Shown here in pieces: positions 23,944 to 37,712 of a DNA stretch of 64,000 nt (its first letter is position 1; each line of letters opens with the position of its first letter). This stretch comes from Felis catus. Lineage: Eukaryota. Location: assembly GCF_018350175.1 (NCBI RefSeq), contig NC_058373.1, positions 102,178,001-102,242,000 of the forward strand. The letters run 5' to 3'. A program made the position numbers and the translations under genes. Under the pieces are notes generated by a model that made no database searches, had not been told where the DNA came from, and worked only from the letters and a program-made list of their open reading frames with translations.

Positions 23944-26900
23944 GAAAAGTATAGGTATATGAGAATGATTATATACATATTTTCATTTAATATTTTATTT
24001 TTCTTATACCACTTTGAATTTTTCTACAAGGGCAGTTGAAATCCAAAATAAATCTCTGCCCTAAATTTTACTTCCAGATCAGTTTATTTTTCTTATGATA
24101 ACAATAATTGTTTAAAGTTACACAGTAGGGGTTAATGAATATTTTTGACCACGTGTTTGGTTTTTGTTTTTACCAAATAGATTGTAAGATTTTTTTTCTT
24201 AATTGTAATTTGCTTATGATCCAGGGATATTTGGAATTTGGTAGGCAATGCAAATACAGTTAAGTAATCGGTATTTTGTATTTTTCTTTAAAAATAATCT
24301 TATGTTCTTTCCTAATGTAAATTCCTTGTTAACCTATGCCATTGGCATTCCTATACATAAAATACAGTTTCCCTGTCACCCTTTCAGAGTTGTTTTAAAA
24401 TTCTTCAGTAAAGCTGAGTGTTATAATTCACAATCTATACCAATGTAATTGAGTTTTGTAATTTAATAATAGGAATGCTGAAGGTAACAAAATGGTTTAA
24501 AATTAAACTTGAAGTGTTTCACTTTAAATATTAACTACTACTAAATTTGATCGATTGGGAAGAATCAAATGAGAACATGACTTTTTGGAGGTGAATTTAT
24601 TTTCTACACTGTGGCGTGGTCATTTGTTATTTTTGAATAGGTCTTTCACTCAACTTAGATGAGTTGCTCTTTTCAGAACATGAATATTGTTCCTTTCTCA
24701 CTGGAAGCTTAAAAAGTAATGATAACACTATCAGTAACTAGTAGTTACTAACATATTTAAGCAACTATGGGGTTTTTCTGTATTTACTTATGAACTGTTG
24801 CTTCTAATTAGCCTTTTTATAGAAACTCTGAGCCTGTTACTTTGGGGAAATGCCACAACATTATAAACAGCTACAAATTGCCATTGATAACCAAGGAGGA
24901 CCTAAGTAGTCTTCATTATTTTAAATTGAGCTTGACTAAAGATTTAAGAAGTAAACGTGGAGCTCAGTTTTTAAGAAGCTTGATATTGGTTTTGATTTTC
25001 AGGTTTCAAATACTCCTGTTTTCAGAATTAACATGTCTTTACTGTGGCTTCAACAAAGGGAAAACATTTTGAGAGCTACATGGCTTATGCCATACTGAAC
25101 AGTACTGGGCACTGGGACTAATATTTTAAATTTACTGTCTCGATAGGGAAGTATATTTAGAAACATCATTATCCCAGTACAATAAAGGTAAATGGAGTGA
25201 TAGCCTATCTAACTCCTCTTTTTTTTAATAGTCAGTGCATAATTTCCTAGATAGTAGTTTCTTCTGGTGAGCTGTCTAGCCCTTTGTACAAAGTGGCATT
25301 TCTAATATCATAGTAATTGATTTCTCAATGCTAATTTAGGTCCAGTAGTAAGCTACTTCTACCTGGATTGAAAGAAATTTGACTCAACTTTCCAACTCAG
25401 AACAGGTGTTTCATAGGTATCATTGCTTTTATGTTGAAGTAGCATTTTGCTTTCCTGCAGTTCTGTTAACATAAAGATGGCATTTTTCAGTAATAGCTTT
25501 AAAATAAATTTTTAGCCATTACCACAAAATTGAACCAGGAAAATCTCTGTTACCATTATCTTCTATCATTTTTTTTTTCTCAGTGATCTCAAAATTGTCT
25601 TGGTTACAGTGAGGGGTAACTACTAAGTATGGCACCTGTCTATGGAGTAATGAGGCTCAGGATATCATTAACACCGATACTAGGATAAATATCTCTTCTA
25701 AAGATGATATTTCCCTTTTACAAAAGTAGAGAAGTCTCATACTACCTCATCTTTTATTGTGATGCTTTTGTAGATCACTGAGAAGCTTGTCTTGTTTACC
25801 AACAGAACACTTCCTAAATATCCATTTTTGGTGAAAGAACATTAATAGTATAGTAAGAATCTACCCGTGATTATAGTTTTTTATCAGAATTTGATAATGA
25901 GACTTTCTGTTTCTGTGAAACAATTATTGTTTTAAATATTTTTCTTTTAAAAATAACTTTTTATCAGTACAGAAAAACCTAAGGGATGACTAGCTAACAA
26001 GTATTCTGTTAAAGAGTAATTTTATAAAGAAAAATGAAATATAATTATGTTGTCTTTTATAATGGTAAAAATTAATGTTTATATGAAAATCAAGATCTAA
26101 GTAGCTTTTCATATATTCAAACTGGTTGCTTGTGATATATTTTCTCTGGCTTTCTTATTTTTCCAACTTCAAGGTATTAATAGCTGTTAACATTTTCAAA
26201 ATACTGCCATATATATAGCCTTGAAGTAGATCTAATAAATGAGAGCAGGGAAGAGACTTATTTACTCTGAAATGGTTTGTATTTTTCCTTTGGTGTTTGC
26301 TACAGTGAAAAGAAATCTGGAAAGTAGAAATATAAAGACTGGAGAAGGGAATTGTTTACCATGAAGGAAAAAGAAGAGTAATAATAAATTAATTTTTAAA
26401 GCATTAAAGAATTGAAATTTAGAAAGGTTAATTTCTTTCTCAGTGACTTTGTGAGGACACATTTGGAAGAGCATCCAGTATTCACAAACTAAATTTTAAA
26501 ATGTGAAATATGTAATTATTGGAATATATAACTAAAATGATTAAGTGTTGAGAGGAACACGAGGAAAAATACAAATATATCTAAATATAAATTTTGTAAC
26601 TAAGTTTGTTGGCATTTGAAAAGTGTAAATTCCAGAGTTGAGAAAGCATTCAGCATGGTGGAAATGTGTAGAGTTATTGGTGAGAAAGGATGGAGCTAAA
26701 AGAAACAAGATAAAATATTAAAATTAAGAATTTAGGCATCACCTCAGGGAAGAGCCTTGACAGTGAAAGGGAACTACTTAATCGCTAATAGCTGGTCTGG
26801 ACCAGACACTTAACTGCCCTTCGGGAATCATCCTGCACTAATCAGGAAATAAACTTGACTTTTCTATTTCTCAAGTTTTTCAGGACACCACCGTCACCGC

Positions 26901-28800
26901 CACCACTGCCACCACCGTGCATCTTCTTTTTTTTAAGCTACACAGCATCTTGATTCATACTATAATTCCTGAAATATGCTGAATGGATATGTTTTTAGGT
27001 TCCTTGAGCATTTTTGTATAAAGAATCATATGTGATCTTTCGATAGCCATGCCATTCACTTAAATAATTCATACAGGGAATGGCTTAATTTAGAGGAAGA
27101 CCTAATAGGAAGAAGATTAAAGGAAGCTTTTAGTCAGCCTGTGGCTAGATTTATTGATTTGGTGAACCGAACTGTTTTCTTTCCTGAAATTCAGCTAATG
27201 GTCAAAGAATGGCTTTCAGTTAAAGTTTTGACTTATTATAAATAATATAAAGAATGTCTTAGCAATTAGAAATCCTTTAAAAAGTAGAGCAAATGTGGCA
27301 AATAGGACTCATACAAATTCCATTTCTTTTGATAAGAAAAACACAAACCATTATCATTTATTCATGAGCCAAAGCCATTAAGAAGACAAATCAAGTTATC
27401 AGCTTCCTGTCTCTCTGAAGTTTGGATCATTTTATAGACCCACATAATAGGTTTCTTCCTATGAAACAAAAACCTTAAAACCTAACTCTTATACTCTTAG
27501 CTTTCATTTATAATCTTTTTTGTCACTTTTAGATATGATTATAGCTAAAATCTGTGTAATCAATAGGTTATACATTGATTTTAGTAGACAGACTTCACAG
27601 GAAAATAGACATAATTATTTCTTGAGACAACACAGGGAGAACAATGTTTAAATGTAAACCTGTGTGTTAAGTAATTTAATACCCAAATGAATAAAAGATT
27701 TTAAGTCATGCAGATTATTGTTTCTAATTTGGAAAAAATTCTTTACAATTTTGGTTTTAACCATAATCAGTTTTACGTTTATTATTTCTAAAAAATGAAT
27801 GCAAAGCACAAAGGTTTTTTTTTTTTTTCCTTTTTTTAATGGCATACTAGAAGTGAGCAGTGCTACAAGAGTCTGTACTAATACGTTAATAATGTTGGAC
27901 ACATAATGGAGGTAACTTTTCAAATGGATTGGCTTCTAGGTAGAAATATAGACTAATGGATATAACCCAATGGGAAGGGACTTGGGGCACATGAATCCTA
28001 TTTCAAATAAAACCAGAATCTATTTTTTGTTTACTTTTTATTTTCAAATAGATTACTCAATCCTAAATTTTTACCTTCATCTAGCATACAAAATGTAGGT
28101 AAATTAATACTTGTCACTTGACTTGCTGAAGGTTAGTTCTTCATTTAAGAGATGACTCTTGGAGCATACTTGAAAATAATTTCTGTAATTTCTTGAAAGT
28201 AATGTGATGATAGATTTTCAAAGTATCCCTTAGTGGACCCTGCAAATTCACATTCACTTCTAGTCTATAATAGGCTTTCTTGGCTTGGTTTGACAATAGA
28301 GATAACAGTACAATATGGATTTATGGTTTAGACTCAGGAATTGGATGAACAGTTCCAATTTCCTCCTACCCTTAATAAGGTTTATGTAAAATTGATGTTT
28401 GCCTAAGTTATTTTAAAAGTTGATTACATCTGCAGGAAGTAAAGATAATCACTTTTGTTGTGGTTGTAATCAAATCTAAGCTTTCAGACTTAAAGTAAAA
28501 CTTGAGAGGAGGTTTACTTAAATTATGTTGACTTTGCTAGGATTGAATAAATTCTGTGTAAACCAAGTATGAACTTGATATATACTTGAATATACAGAGT
28601 TTAAGTAGTAACTTCGCAAAGCTGTTAGTACTCTTGTCAATCAGGCTTGTGTGATCTTCCCCGTACCCAAAAAGAAGTAGACTGTTTACATTTTTATTTC
28701 TAATCCTGGAGTTGAATGTTTCTTCTTCAGTGTGAGTTCAAATAAATTGACCTGAATAAATTTTCACTTCTTAATTAAACTTCATATATAAAATACAAAG
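23944..28800 (+). other. SOCS4: SOCS4 long 3'UTR
   Basis: AT-rich stretch with no SINEC insertions after the stop codon, ending at a poly(A)-signal cluster; proximal AATAAA at 24047-24052. Confidence 0.7.
25740..25749 (+). promoter_or_regulatory. let-7/miR-98 8-mer target site in the SOCS4 3'UTR
   Basis: TACTACCTCA is the reverse complement of let-7 nt 1-10 (UGAGGUAGUA). Confidence 0.7.
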
Positions 28801-28820
28801 GCTTTGTGTCTTGTTTTTAA
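28741..28820 (+). terminator. Distal SOCS4 polyadenylation region
   Basis: AATAAA 28741-28746, AATAAA 28755-28760 and ATTAAA 28774-28779, followed by GT/T-rich gctttgtgtcttgttttt from 28801. Confidence 0.65.
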
Positions 28821-28924
28821 AACATTGTATATCCTGACTTAGCACATTCAACTTAAAATCTGAAAAAAATTTAAACATCTATATTACACATTTTCTAATT
28901 TATAATACACTTTCCATCTTCGGT

Positions 28925-29240
28925 GTGTCAGTTTGGGTCTTCCAGAAGCAGATGCCAAGATGTCATTAAAGGTGCAAGATTTATTGGGGGAAAACACCTA
29001 TGAAGAAAGAAAGTGTGGAAGTCTTCATACCACTTTGCAAGTCTGACATACATGAAAGAAATCCGAAGGTTGGGTAGGGTGGGCTTCAGACTGCAGGACA
29101 GTTGTGAAAGAGCTAAATGGGGATTTAGTTTCTCAGCAAAGGTTGCCTGTGGGAGCCCACATGGGACAGGAACGGTCTAGCTCTAGAACTCTCACTATGC
29201 TGTTATTGGCTGGGAGCATGGGAAAACGAGGCTGTCACTC
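28925..29240. mobile_element. Old ERVL-type LTR remnant (LTR16-like)
   Basis: ccagaagcagatgccaaga...tgcaagatttattggggg resembles old ERVL LTRs; family uncertain. Confidence 0.4.
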
Positions 29241-29250
29241 TGATATGTGA

Positions 29251-29470
29251 CCTGGACCAAGGTGAGATGAGGCACTTGACTTGGGCACAAAAATTTTCTG
29301 ACCAAAAATCTCAGTAATGAAAAGCAGTATTTCAATGCAACATTTTTAAATCAGTTTTTCAAAAAATTCTAATGAAAAAAAGTTAAAATTGTAAAGTAGT
29401 TTTACTGACTTCCTAGTGACTCAGACTTCCTTATAGCTCCATAAGGCACTTAATTTACTGACTCCTGAGG
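29251..29470. mobile_element. MER96B-like hAT DNA transposon remnant
   Basis: ggtgagatgaggcacttgacttgggcacaaaa...ctcagtaat...aatgcaacattttt resembles the recalled consensus. Confidence 0.5.
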
Positions 29471-30334
29471 GCAGGGCAAGTGGTTCACGCTAATACCATT
29501 TTACATAGACCATTTTCCCTGTTTAAAAATAAGTCTTCCCTAGGCTTAGGTATTTGCATTTTCTCTATTACTCGTTTTTCAGTATGAGAAGTGTGTGTAC
29601 TGGTGGAGCATACTCAGGAAACCTTAGTTTAGGTAGTTTCTAGTAAAGTGCCCCTCCCCAGTGACCCACTATGGGGTTACACAAAGCAAAATGTTGTAAA
29701 GATACTGCACACTTCCAATATGTTTTGATATATGTATTACATATACATATTATATATACTGCAGCAGTTTCCTTGATGGCTGGGGAAATGTGTCAATCAT
29801 CCTTCAGACGTGACAGTAAATAGGTAAAAGGTTTATTCAGAGATGAACATGTGGCGAGGAGAGGCATTGATCAGGAAGAAGCAGCAAAGACAGCTGCTCT
29901 TTTAGTTAATATCAATTGTCAAGCCATTCGTAAACGTCTTCTCTTTCCTGTTTTGTTCCTTTAGCTCTCCCCAATTTTGGCCCCTGGGCCGGTATCCCCT
30001 AATTGGGCTGCATCCACACCCAGCCAGCTTCGAGGCCCGACTGTATAAATCTAAGCATAGGAAACCCAGAATCTGACCTCAAGCCACTCCAGGAAACAAG
30101 TTAGCAATTTCCGCCACGCTACTCAAAACGTCACTGGCTACAGAAATTTCCACCGAGTGCTCAGAATTCCGGAAAACCAAGGAGCTTTCCTCCCGCCCAC
30201 CAAAAGAAAGCTGCACCGCCCCGCCGGGCAGGCTGCAGTGCCGCAGGGAGCCTGCGGGAGGCGCGCGAGGTCCTGCCCGGCCCGGCCCAGCCCCGGTAGG
30301 AGGGGAGAGCGCGAGCGGGGGCGGCGCGCTCGCC

Positions 30335-30374
30335 GCTTCCTGTTCCGGCGCCAGGAGGAGCTGCGCGCTGTTAG

Positions 30375-30405
<31 letters not shown>

Positions 30406-30516
30406 GCCGCCGCTGCCGCCACTGCCGTCAGTCAGTTCGCGCTCGGTTCTTCCGCACCCTGTTCGCTCGGACCCATCGCCGCTTGTAGACTTTACTGCGG
30501 TGTCGGATCTTGCTGG
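30335..30516 (+). other. MAPK1IP1L: MAPK1IP1L exon 1 (5'UTR; TSS approximate)
   Basis: Donor CTGG|gtgagg at 30516/30517 in the CpG island; the sequence resembles the recalled human MAPK1IP1L leader. Confidence 0.75.
30376..30426 (+). repeat. (GCT)9(GCC)3GCT(GCC)2ACTGCC triplet repeat in the MAPK1IP1L 5'UTR
   Basis: Read directly from the sequence. Confidence 0.95.
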
Positions 30517-32889
30517 GTGAGGCTGCTTCGGCGCTAGGGGGATCATTGAGGGGAGCAAGGGAGCTCGCTCAAGCGAGAGGCGGGCGTGGTAACAGAGGTA
30601 CCTCGAGTCGCCTCTTCGTGGGCTGGGAGTCAGCGTCTGCCCGCGCCATCTTCCTAAGGGCTGCCGATTGCCCCCCAAAACCCCCCAGGGAGAAGGCGTC
30701 GGAGGCAGGTCACGTCGCGCCCGACGGGTTTCTCCGCTCTTGACGTCAGGATCGGTTTGGGGGCGGGGCGGCGAGCGGGCCCGGCCCTTCCCCCACCCCT
30801 TCCCTGGCGGCGCGACCCGCTCGGAGGCCGGTTCGCTCCGGTTGATCCCGGACTCCCTTTGTTCGTTTGGTCCTAAAGGGCTCCGGGCTCTCACCTCTTG
30901 GGCCCGACCCCCACCCCGATTCATTAGTGTCTAATAAAACGGGAGAGATAGGCCTGAATAGAGTCTTGGAGGAATCTGGCACTTGTTTAAGATTATCCGC
31001 AATGTGACAACGTTCTGGTCATTACCAAAGGACTTGATGGCAAATAACATTCGATGAACACACAGGACAGAAGCCGTGAGAAGTGCTGAGTTCTGTGATA
31101 CTGTTTTTTAGGATTTAGGAGCTTATGTTACGCTTGGAAGCTTGTATATAGCTAAAACCATTTCCTCTTTGAAAATCAAGAGCAGTGCTTTTACTGGATA
31201 AAATTTTTAACGTTGACGCTTCACACCATACTAACCTGCCCGAAAAAAACTTTTCGTGGCATTACTGCTAAAGAAATAGCACCCTTACACCTGATGATTG
31301 TAAAGGCCTGTCTTGAACACGAACCTTCACTACAGGCCAAGGTAGCCTTCAGAAGTCTTTGGGAAGTTCTTTGTTCGGCTGTATTCATTGGGCTGGAAAA
31401 ACAAATTTTCCTTGGTACTGGTGTGTCTGAACCTCCCATTCAAAACTAGTTTGTCTTCAAAACTTGAGTTGGGTTATGTATGTTAGAACGTTCTTTTCCT
31501 CTCTCCAGGAGGAACGGAGACCCATTCCTTAACTACAATCCTTGGGGCCAGTGTGTTTTGGAATTGAGAAATCTTTGGATTTTCTCTTCAGATCTTAGAG
31601 AATAAGGTGCATAGACAGATCTCACCCCCGCAAAGTCAGGGCAGCATCCCTAATCCAAATTAATATTTGTGTAGCTATAGGTGTGCTACACTTTATGGAA
31701 ACTATAAATATCAAGTCCGGTTTTGCCACCAAGTAAGTTTTACGCCAAACTTGGGAACGTTTCATGCCAAACTTGGGAATGTTTCTTTTATTTTCGTTAA
31801 GTTTCTGACTTGAGACGCGCAGATAAAGGTTTGCGGACCTAGAGTAGCGAGCGTAAAAGCTAACGTTTGTTGAGTTTTCCTTGTGTGCCAGAAAGTGACC
31901 AGGAGATTTATTATGTAAGTGCCAGGGCAGGTCTGTGAGGTTGATATTATTCCTGCTTTTACCTCTGACGTTCGGAGAGGTCAAGCTGTGTAGAGCCAGC
32001 CAGTGAAGAGCTGCAGTTGTATGTAGGCATTTGTAACTCTTTTAACCTGTGCTAGCTATATGCCTGTGTACGCAGGAAGAGGAGGTGGCCACCCACTATT
32101 TTTCGAGCGCTGTTATTATAGGCACTTGATTTATGAGTCCCGTTTAGTCTTTCACATCACTGGCCCGTTCTTTATAGTTGAAGAAACGGAGGGTCACTCA
32201 GGTGAGCTGAATGTGACTGAGACATTCAGACCTCAGACTAAAGGCCCTCTAAGACTTCTGTTCCTCCCCTTTCTGTATTCCAACCAGTCTGAACTGCTTA
32301 CACTTCCCAGGGTGTACTCTTCAGCTTTTCCGCAGTTGGCTCTTCTCCTAGGGCCTGTCCCACCATTCCCTACACCCAGCTCTTTCTTCATTGTTCTTCC
32401 AGGCTGCAAAGGAACTGCCTCTCAGGATTCTTCCCCTGAGACTCCCTTCCTTGATTCCTTTAGGAGCTCTTTGAGGTTCTCTCGGTGCCCTGTGCTTACC
32501 TGAGGTAAGGTAGTTACTGTTTAAAGGGTAGTTCTCCACCACACTGTGAATTCCTTAAGCATTTATTCCACACAGTACTATTCACTTCCCCAAAGCCCAA
32601 CAAAGTGCTTGGTATGTATGTTCCAGACAGAAGTATCCAAGGAAATGTAGAAAATATGGCTGACATAAGGACCCAGTTCCTTGAGTTGCCAAATGTAAAA
32701 TAGAATGTATCTGATAAAAAGACCAATACTAAAAACAATGATGTATTTTAACTCAAAATTTGTAGTTTCGGTATATTACTGTCATCTCCCCCCATACGAA
32801 ACAAATCAGTGCAAAAGTCCTGATTTTTCTTAGTTTCTTCTCATTTTCATTTTACATGTCTGTAGTACTTCATAGATTATTAAATATGC

Positions 32890-34760
32890 TACTTTTTTTT
32901 AAGTTTATTCATTTATTTTGAAAGAAAGAGAATGTGAGTGGGGGAGGGTCAGAGAGAATTCCAAGCATGCTCCTTCAGCACAGAGCCTGACGTGGGGCTC
33001 AGACCCATGAGGTGTTTGTGAAATCATGACCAGAGTCAGCAGCTTAACTGACTGAGCCACCCCGGCACCCCTAAATATGTTACTTTTAATTATCTGTGAA
33101 GTAGTCAGGATTTAACAACTGTTTTGTGGATGATAAAATGGTCTCTGGTTAAAGTTTGCCTTAGTCAAAAGACTTATTCAAAAGGATTGACGTCTAGGTT
33201 TCATAACTGTCTACTCCTATACTCTTTATCACTACATCACAGTTTGATGGCCCTTTGAAATACTCCTTGTTGAGTAGTCACTAGTAAGTAATTTATGGAG
33301 TTCAACTTTTTAAAACCTTGTGATTGGACTGCCATTTTACTCTAAAAGCCATGAGTTACAGAAATATTTTATTCTTCTAGTATATGTCAAAAGAAATTGT
33401 GTACTGTTTTAAAATTACTAATCTCAGGGTGCCGAGGTGGCTCAGTCAGTTAAGCATGTGACTTCGGCTCAGGTCATGATCTCACGGTTCGTGAGTTCAA
33501 GCCCTGTGTCCAGCTCTGTGCTGACAGCTCAGAGCCTGGAGCCTGCCTCATAGTCTGTGTCTCCCTCTCTCTTGGCTTCTCCCCACCCTCTCAAAAATAA
33601 ATACACATTTTTTAAAAATTTGTTTAATAAAATTATAAATCTTAGGGCCCCTATGTGGCTAAGTCACTTAAGCATCCGACTCTTGAACTTAGCTCAGGTC
33701 ATGATCTCACGTTTCGTGAGTTCGAGTCCCTTGCTTTCAGTGTGGAACCTGCTTGGGATTCTCTCTCTCTCTACCCCTCCCCTGCTCATTCTCTCTCTCT
33801 CAATCTCAAAATAAATAAACCTCGAAGTAAAATAAAATTACTATTCTTGCTGCTTCAAAAATAAAATTAGTATTTTTCAGGTGATGCATAGATCCTGCCA
33901 TAAAGTAGTAATGGAAAGTTTTACAAGTAATAGCTTTAGAGTATTCCCAAAAGAGAAAGAGTGGAAATCTTTCTTGATTATAAACTTTTGGGGAGGAGTA
34001 GGAAGGCCACTTCAAGGTTACATTGGCCTCATCTTAATAATTAGCATAATCCAGGTATTTGGGAATAGATTTTTAGAAAATCTAGATTTTTAAAAATGAT
34101 GTAACTCTTCTCACATTCAAACACTAATGTCCAACTCTATTTCTTACCTTTTTACAATGAAAGTATTCTCCAAAGAGTAAATTAGGATATTTCCCATTAA
34201 TATGAACACTGCAGGGGAGCCTGAGTAGCTTAGTCAGTTGATTCTGACTCTTGGTTTTGGCTCAGGTCATGAACTCACAGGTCATGGGTTTGAGTCCCTC
34301 ATTGGGCTTCATTACTTTAATCTTAAGATTTGAGAACCTACAGGATGCCTGGGTGGCTCAGTTGGTTGAGCCTCTGACTCTGGATTTTTGTTCTGATCCT
34401 GATCCCAGGGTCTTGGGATCAAGCCCATGTTGGGCTCCACATGGATCCTCTCTCTTTTACATATAAGAATATAAGATTCTTATATGTATTCTCTAAAAAT
34501 ATGCATACATATATAAAGATTCTTGGAGCACCTGAGTAGCTCAGTTGGTTAAGCTTCCAACTCTTAATTTCGGTTCAGGTCATGATCTCACGGTTCATGG
34601 ATTCGAGCCCCACGTCAGCTCTGCGCTGGCAGGGCAGAGCCTGTTTGGGATTTTCCCTCTCCCTCTTTTTCTGCCCTTTCCCTGCTTGTGTGCACTTAAC
34701 TCTCAAAATAAATAAACATTAAAAAAATAGTTTTTAAAGCTTAATAATTAAAAAAAAAAA
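32890..34760. mobile_element. SINEC cluster in MAPK1IP1L intron 1 (~32890-33071 -, 33427-33615 +, 33645-33830 +, 34214-34310 +, 34343-34445 +, 34525-34730 +)
   Basis: Multiple SINEC heads and tails, several truncated. Confidence 0.85.
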
Positions 34761-35229
34761 AAAGATTCCAGTACCTCCTTTATCTTCCAGGGTTTAATTT
34801 TTAACTTCAAATTTGGAAAGCCAGAGTTGCTGGGAAAGGAGTAATTCTGAAGACTCATATAGCAAGACCACATGAAAATGAGTGGATTGCTTTGTTCCCC
34901 TCTCCAGAATTAATGTGAACTTTGATACAGAACCACTTTGTTTCAGAAAGGCTCATCCTATTTAAAAAGTGTGTTAGTCTTTTATAGACTAAACTTTTCA
35001 CGCAATGAAAAGTTTCTTCAGGTGTTAGTCCTAAGAATTTACTATTGTGTGATGTGCTATTTTAGTATAAAACAAACCTTAACATGGGAGTGAATGGATA
35101 ATTGTATTTGCTCTACATTTAAGATGTGTTTTTTGACATTCTGGATAAATAGCAAGGTTATAGCAGTTCTGACTTAGGCTTCATATTCTTTTTATCATTC
35201 CTCACAACTAATAATACTAAAAAACAAAA

Positions 35230-36140
35230 CTCTCAGAATGCAAGGATGGCTCAATATTAAGCAATTTTTATATGTAATTAAGTTGATGGCTTAAAGGAGA
35301 AAAACTGAGATCAACTCGTTAGATGTCAAAAAGATCTGAGGAAATTCAGTGTCTTCCCTAAATGTTTTTTTCTCTAGCAAAATGGAAATAAATAAATCTA
35401 GCAACATAGGCATAGACTTCTTTAATTTTTTCAAATCTCAAACTAAAATTGGGAATTTTACTTAAACATTAGAGGCCTTTTGAGAAGAGTTGGGAACAAG
35501 AAGACCACTGTGCTCACTATCACTATTTAACATTTCATTGTGAAGTTTAGCTAACACAAAGGAGAAAAGAAGTTAGTTTGGAAAGACAATGTAAAATTAT
35601 TCTTTTGCAAATGGCATAATTCTTTACCTGAAATCCCAGAGAATCAGCCGAGTTTCAGGAATAAAATAATTTAGTAATATCACCACTTACAAAATTAATA
35701 CACTAAAATTTAAAAAGTCTTAAATAGGGGCACCTGGCTGCCTCAGTAAAGCATGCAACTCTTGATACTGGAGGTGTGAGTTAGAGCCCTACATTAATAA
35801 AAAAAATAAAAACAAAAAACAAGCTTAAAAAACTATTGACAAATGACAATGATGGGAACTAGGAAGACATACCTTGTTCTTGAATGAAAAGTTTTGATGT
35901 TTTGAATATATTGCATGTTCCCTATATTAATCTGTAAATTTAATGCAATTCCAACCAAAACAGCAGCGAATTCTTCTTACTTATTTTTCCAAATGATCTG
36001 GAAAAAATAAACAATATTCAGGAAAATCTGGGAGGCGGGGAGTGAACAGTAACAATAGGTCAACTTACATTAAAAATTTGTTAAAAATATAAAGGTACTG
36101 AAATTAAGATGGAATATTATGGTGCAGATCAGTAGAAAAT
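35230..36140 (+). mobile_element. Old L1 ORF2 remnant with an inserted short SINEC (~35727-35830)
   Basis: cagaatgcaaggatggctcaatat and aatttaatgcaattccaaccaaaa are decayed L1 ORF2 segments. Confidence 0.65.
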
Positions 36141-36169
36141 ATCAGATTTCACATTATCTGTGGGAAATA

Positions 36170-36410
36170 ACGGAGGCTCTATAGCCTAGTGGTTAAAAGC
36201 CTTGGCTCTGGAATCAGACTGTACTGGAGTTTGAACCCCTTTCTACCTGTCACTAGCTCTGTACCTTTAAGCAAGTTAACTTGATGAGCTTCCTTTTATG
36301 AAGCTGTAAACTGGGCAAAAGAATTTTGCATCTATTCAATGAGATCACCTATGTAAAACACTTTTAGCAGAGTGCCTATTCATGGTAAACACTGTAGGTA
36401 TTTGTTGTTA
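36170..36410 (+). mobile_element. MIR
   Basis: tagcctagtggttaaaagc...ggctctggaatcagactg...tgtaaaacacttttagcagagtgcct. Confidence 0.75.
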
Positions 36411-36520
36411 AGAAGTATTTGTTGCTCATAGTGCAGTAGAATGTATTAAGGGTAGCTGTCATATCCATTGAGAAAAGATAGATTATACAGCAATTATTGC
36501 TTGAAAGAAAAAAAGATTTT

Positions 36521-36940
36521 TTAAATTTTTTTTTAAATATGAAATTTATTCACCAATTGTGAAATTGGTTTCCATACAACACCCAGTGCTCATTCCAACA
36601 GGTACCCTCCTCAATACCCATCATCCACCCTCCCCTCCCTCCTACCGCCCATCAGTTTGTTCTCAGTTTTTAAGAGTCTCTTATGTTTTGGCTCCCTCCC
36701 TCTCTAACCTCTTTTTTTTTTCTTCCCCCCCTCCATGGTCTTCTCTTAAGTTTCTCAGGATCCACATAAGAGTGAAAACATATGGTATCTGTCTTTCTCT
36801 GTATGACTTATTTCACTTAACTCCATCTACGTTGCTACAAAAGGCCATATTTCATTCTTTCTCATTGCCATGTAGTATTCCACTGTGTATATAAACCACG
36901 ATTTCCTTGTCCATTCATCCGTTGATGGACATTTAGGCTC
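36521..36940 (-). mobile_element. 5'-truncated carnivore L1 3' end
   Basis: aaattggtttccatacaacacccagtgctcat...ccattcatccgttgatggacatttaggct; near-perfect 15-bp TSD agaaaaaaag(a/g)tttt at 36506-36520 and 36941-36955. Confidence 0.88.
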
Positions 36941-37510
36941 AGAAAAAAAGGTTTTAAATGAAACCATATTACTACTGTTACGAAGCATAGGTGAATTTTT
37001 TGTCTCACGTTTCAGAGCTAATTAATTTCCTTACAGTTTAACAAAGCGTTAAAAAAAAGATTTATTACTAAGTTGTAAAATTATAAGGCAAAAAGAGTAC
37101 ATACTATCTTACTCTGTTCATTGTGAAGTTAAAGAATAGGCAAAAACTAAGAAAATGATTGCTGAGTGGAAGGAGGAGTTGATTGGAAAGTTAGCATGAG
37201 TAAATCTGTAGTGAAGGAAAATGTCTGTATCTTTCTTGGTTAATGGGGCACGTATAGTTGTCAGCTTGTTGACCTGAACACCTCACATCCCATGCATTTT
37301 ATTGGGTATTAATTGTACTTCCCTTTTAGAAATTGACAAAAGTGGCCCAAGGACATGAGCAAATTCACAAAATAAATTTATTCTGATTTGGGCATGAAAT
37401 TTAAAAGAAGCTCTACTTTCCACTTAATTTTAAAGATGTAAGTTGAAACAACAAGGTGGCAGTTATTAACCTGCCATAATTAAAAACTGTTTACAATTTA
37501 AAAAATATCC

Positions 37511-37712
37511 AGGGCGCCTCAGTGGCTCAGTTGGTTGCGCATCCGACTTCAACTCAAGTCATGATCTTGCAGTTTGTGAGTTCGAGCCTTGTGTCGGGCT
37601 CTGTGCTGAGAACTCAGAGCCTGGAGCTTACTTCGGATTCTGTATCTCCCCCTCTCTCTGCCCCTCCCATGCTCATGCTCTGTCTCTCAATAATAAATAA
37701 ATGTTAAAAAAA
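37511..37712 (+). mobile_element. SINEC
   Basis: Head gggcgcctcagtggctcag; aaatatccag repeated on both flanks. Confidence 0.88.

Larger units (their letters stand above)
30150..30930. promoter_or_regulatory. CpG-island promoter of MAPK1IP1L
   Basis: GC/CpG-rich. Tandem ETS-like CTTCCTGTTCCGG ~30336-30348, YY1 CGCCATCTT 30644-30652, perfect CRE TGACGTCA 30741-30748, GC box GGGGCGGGGC ~30760-30769. Confidence 0.85.

Noticed and set aside
30079..30982. Long ORFs (up to 281 aa, poly-Ala/poly-Ser) over the CpG island
   Set aside because: Expected from stop-poor GC-rich DNA and the triplet repeat; no recognisable domain.
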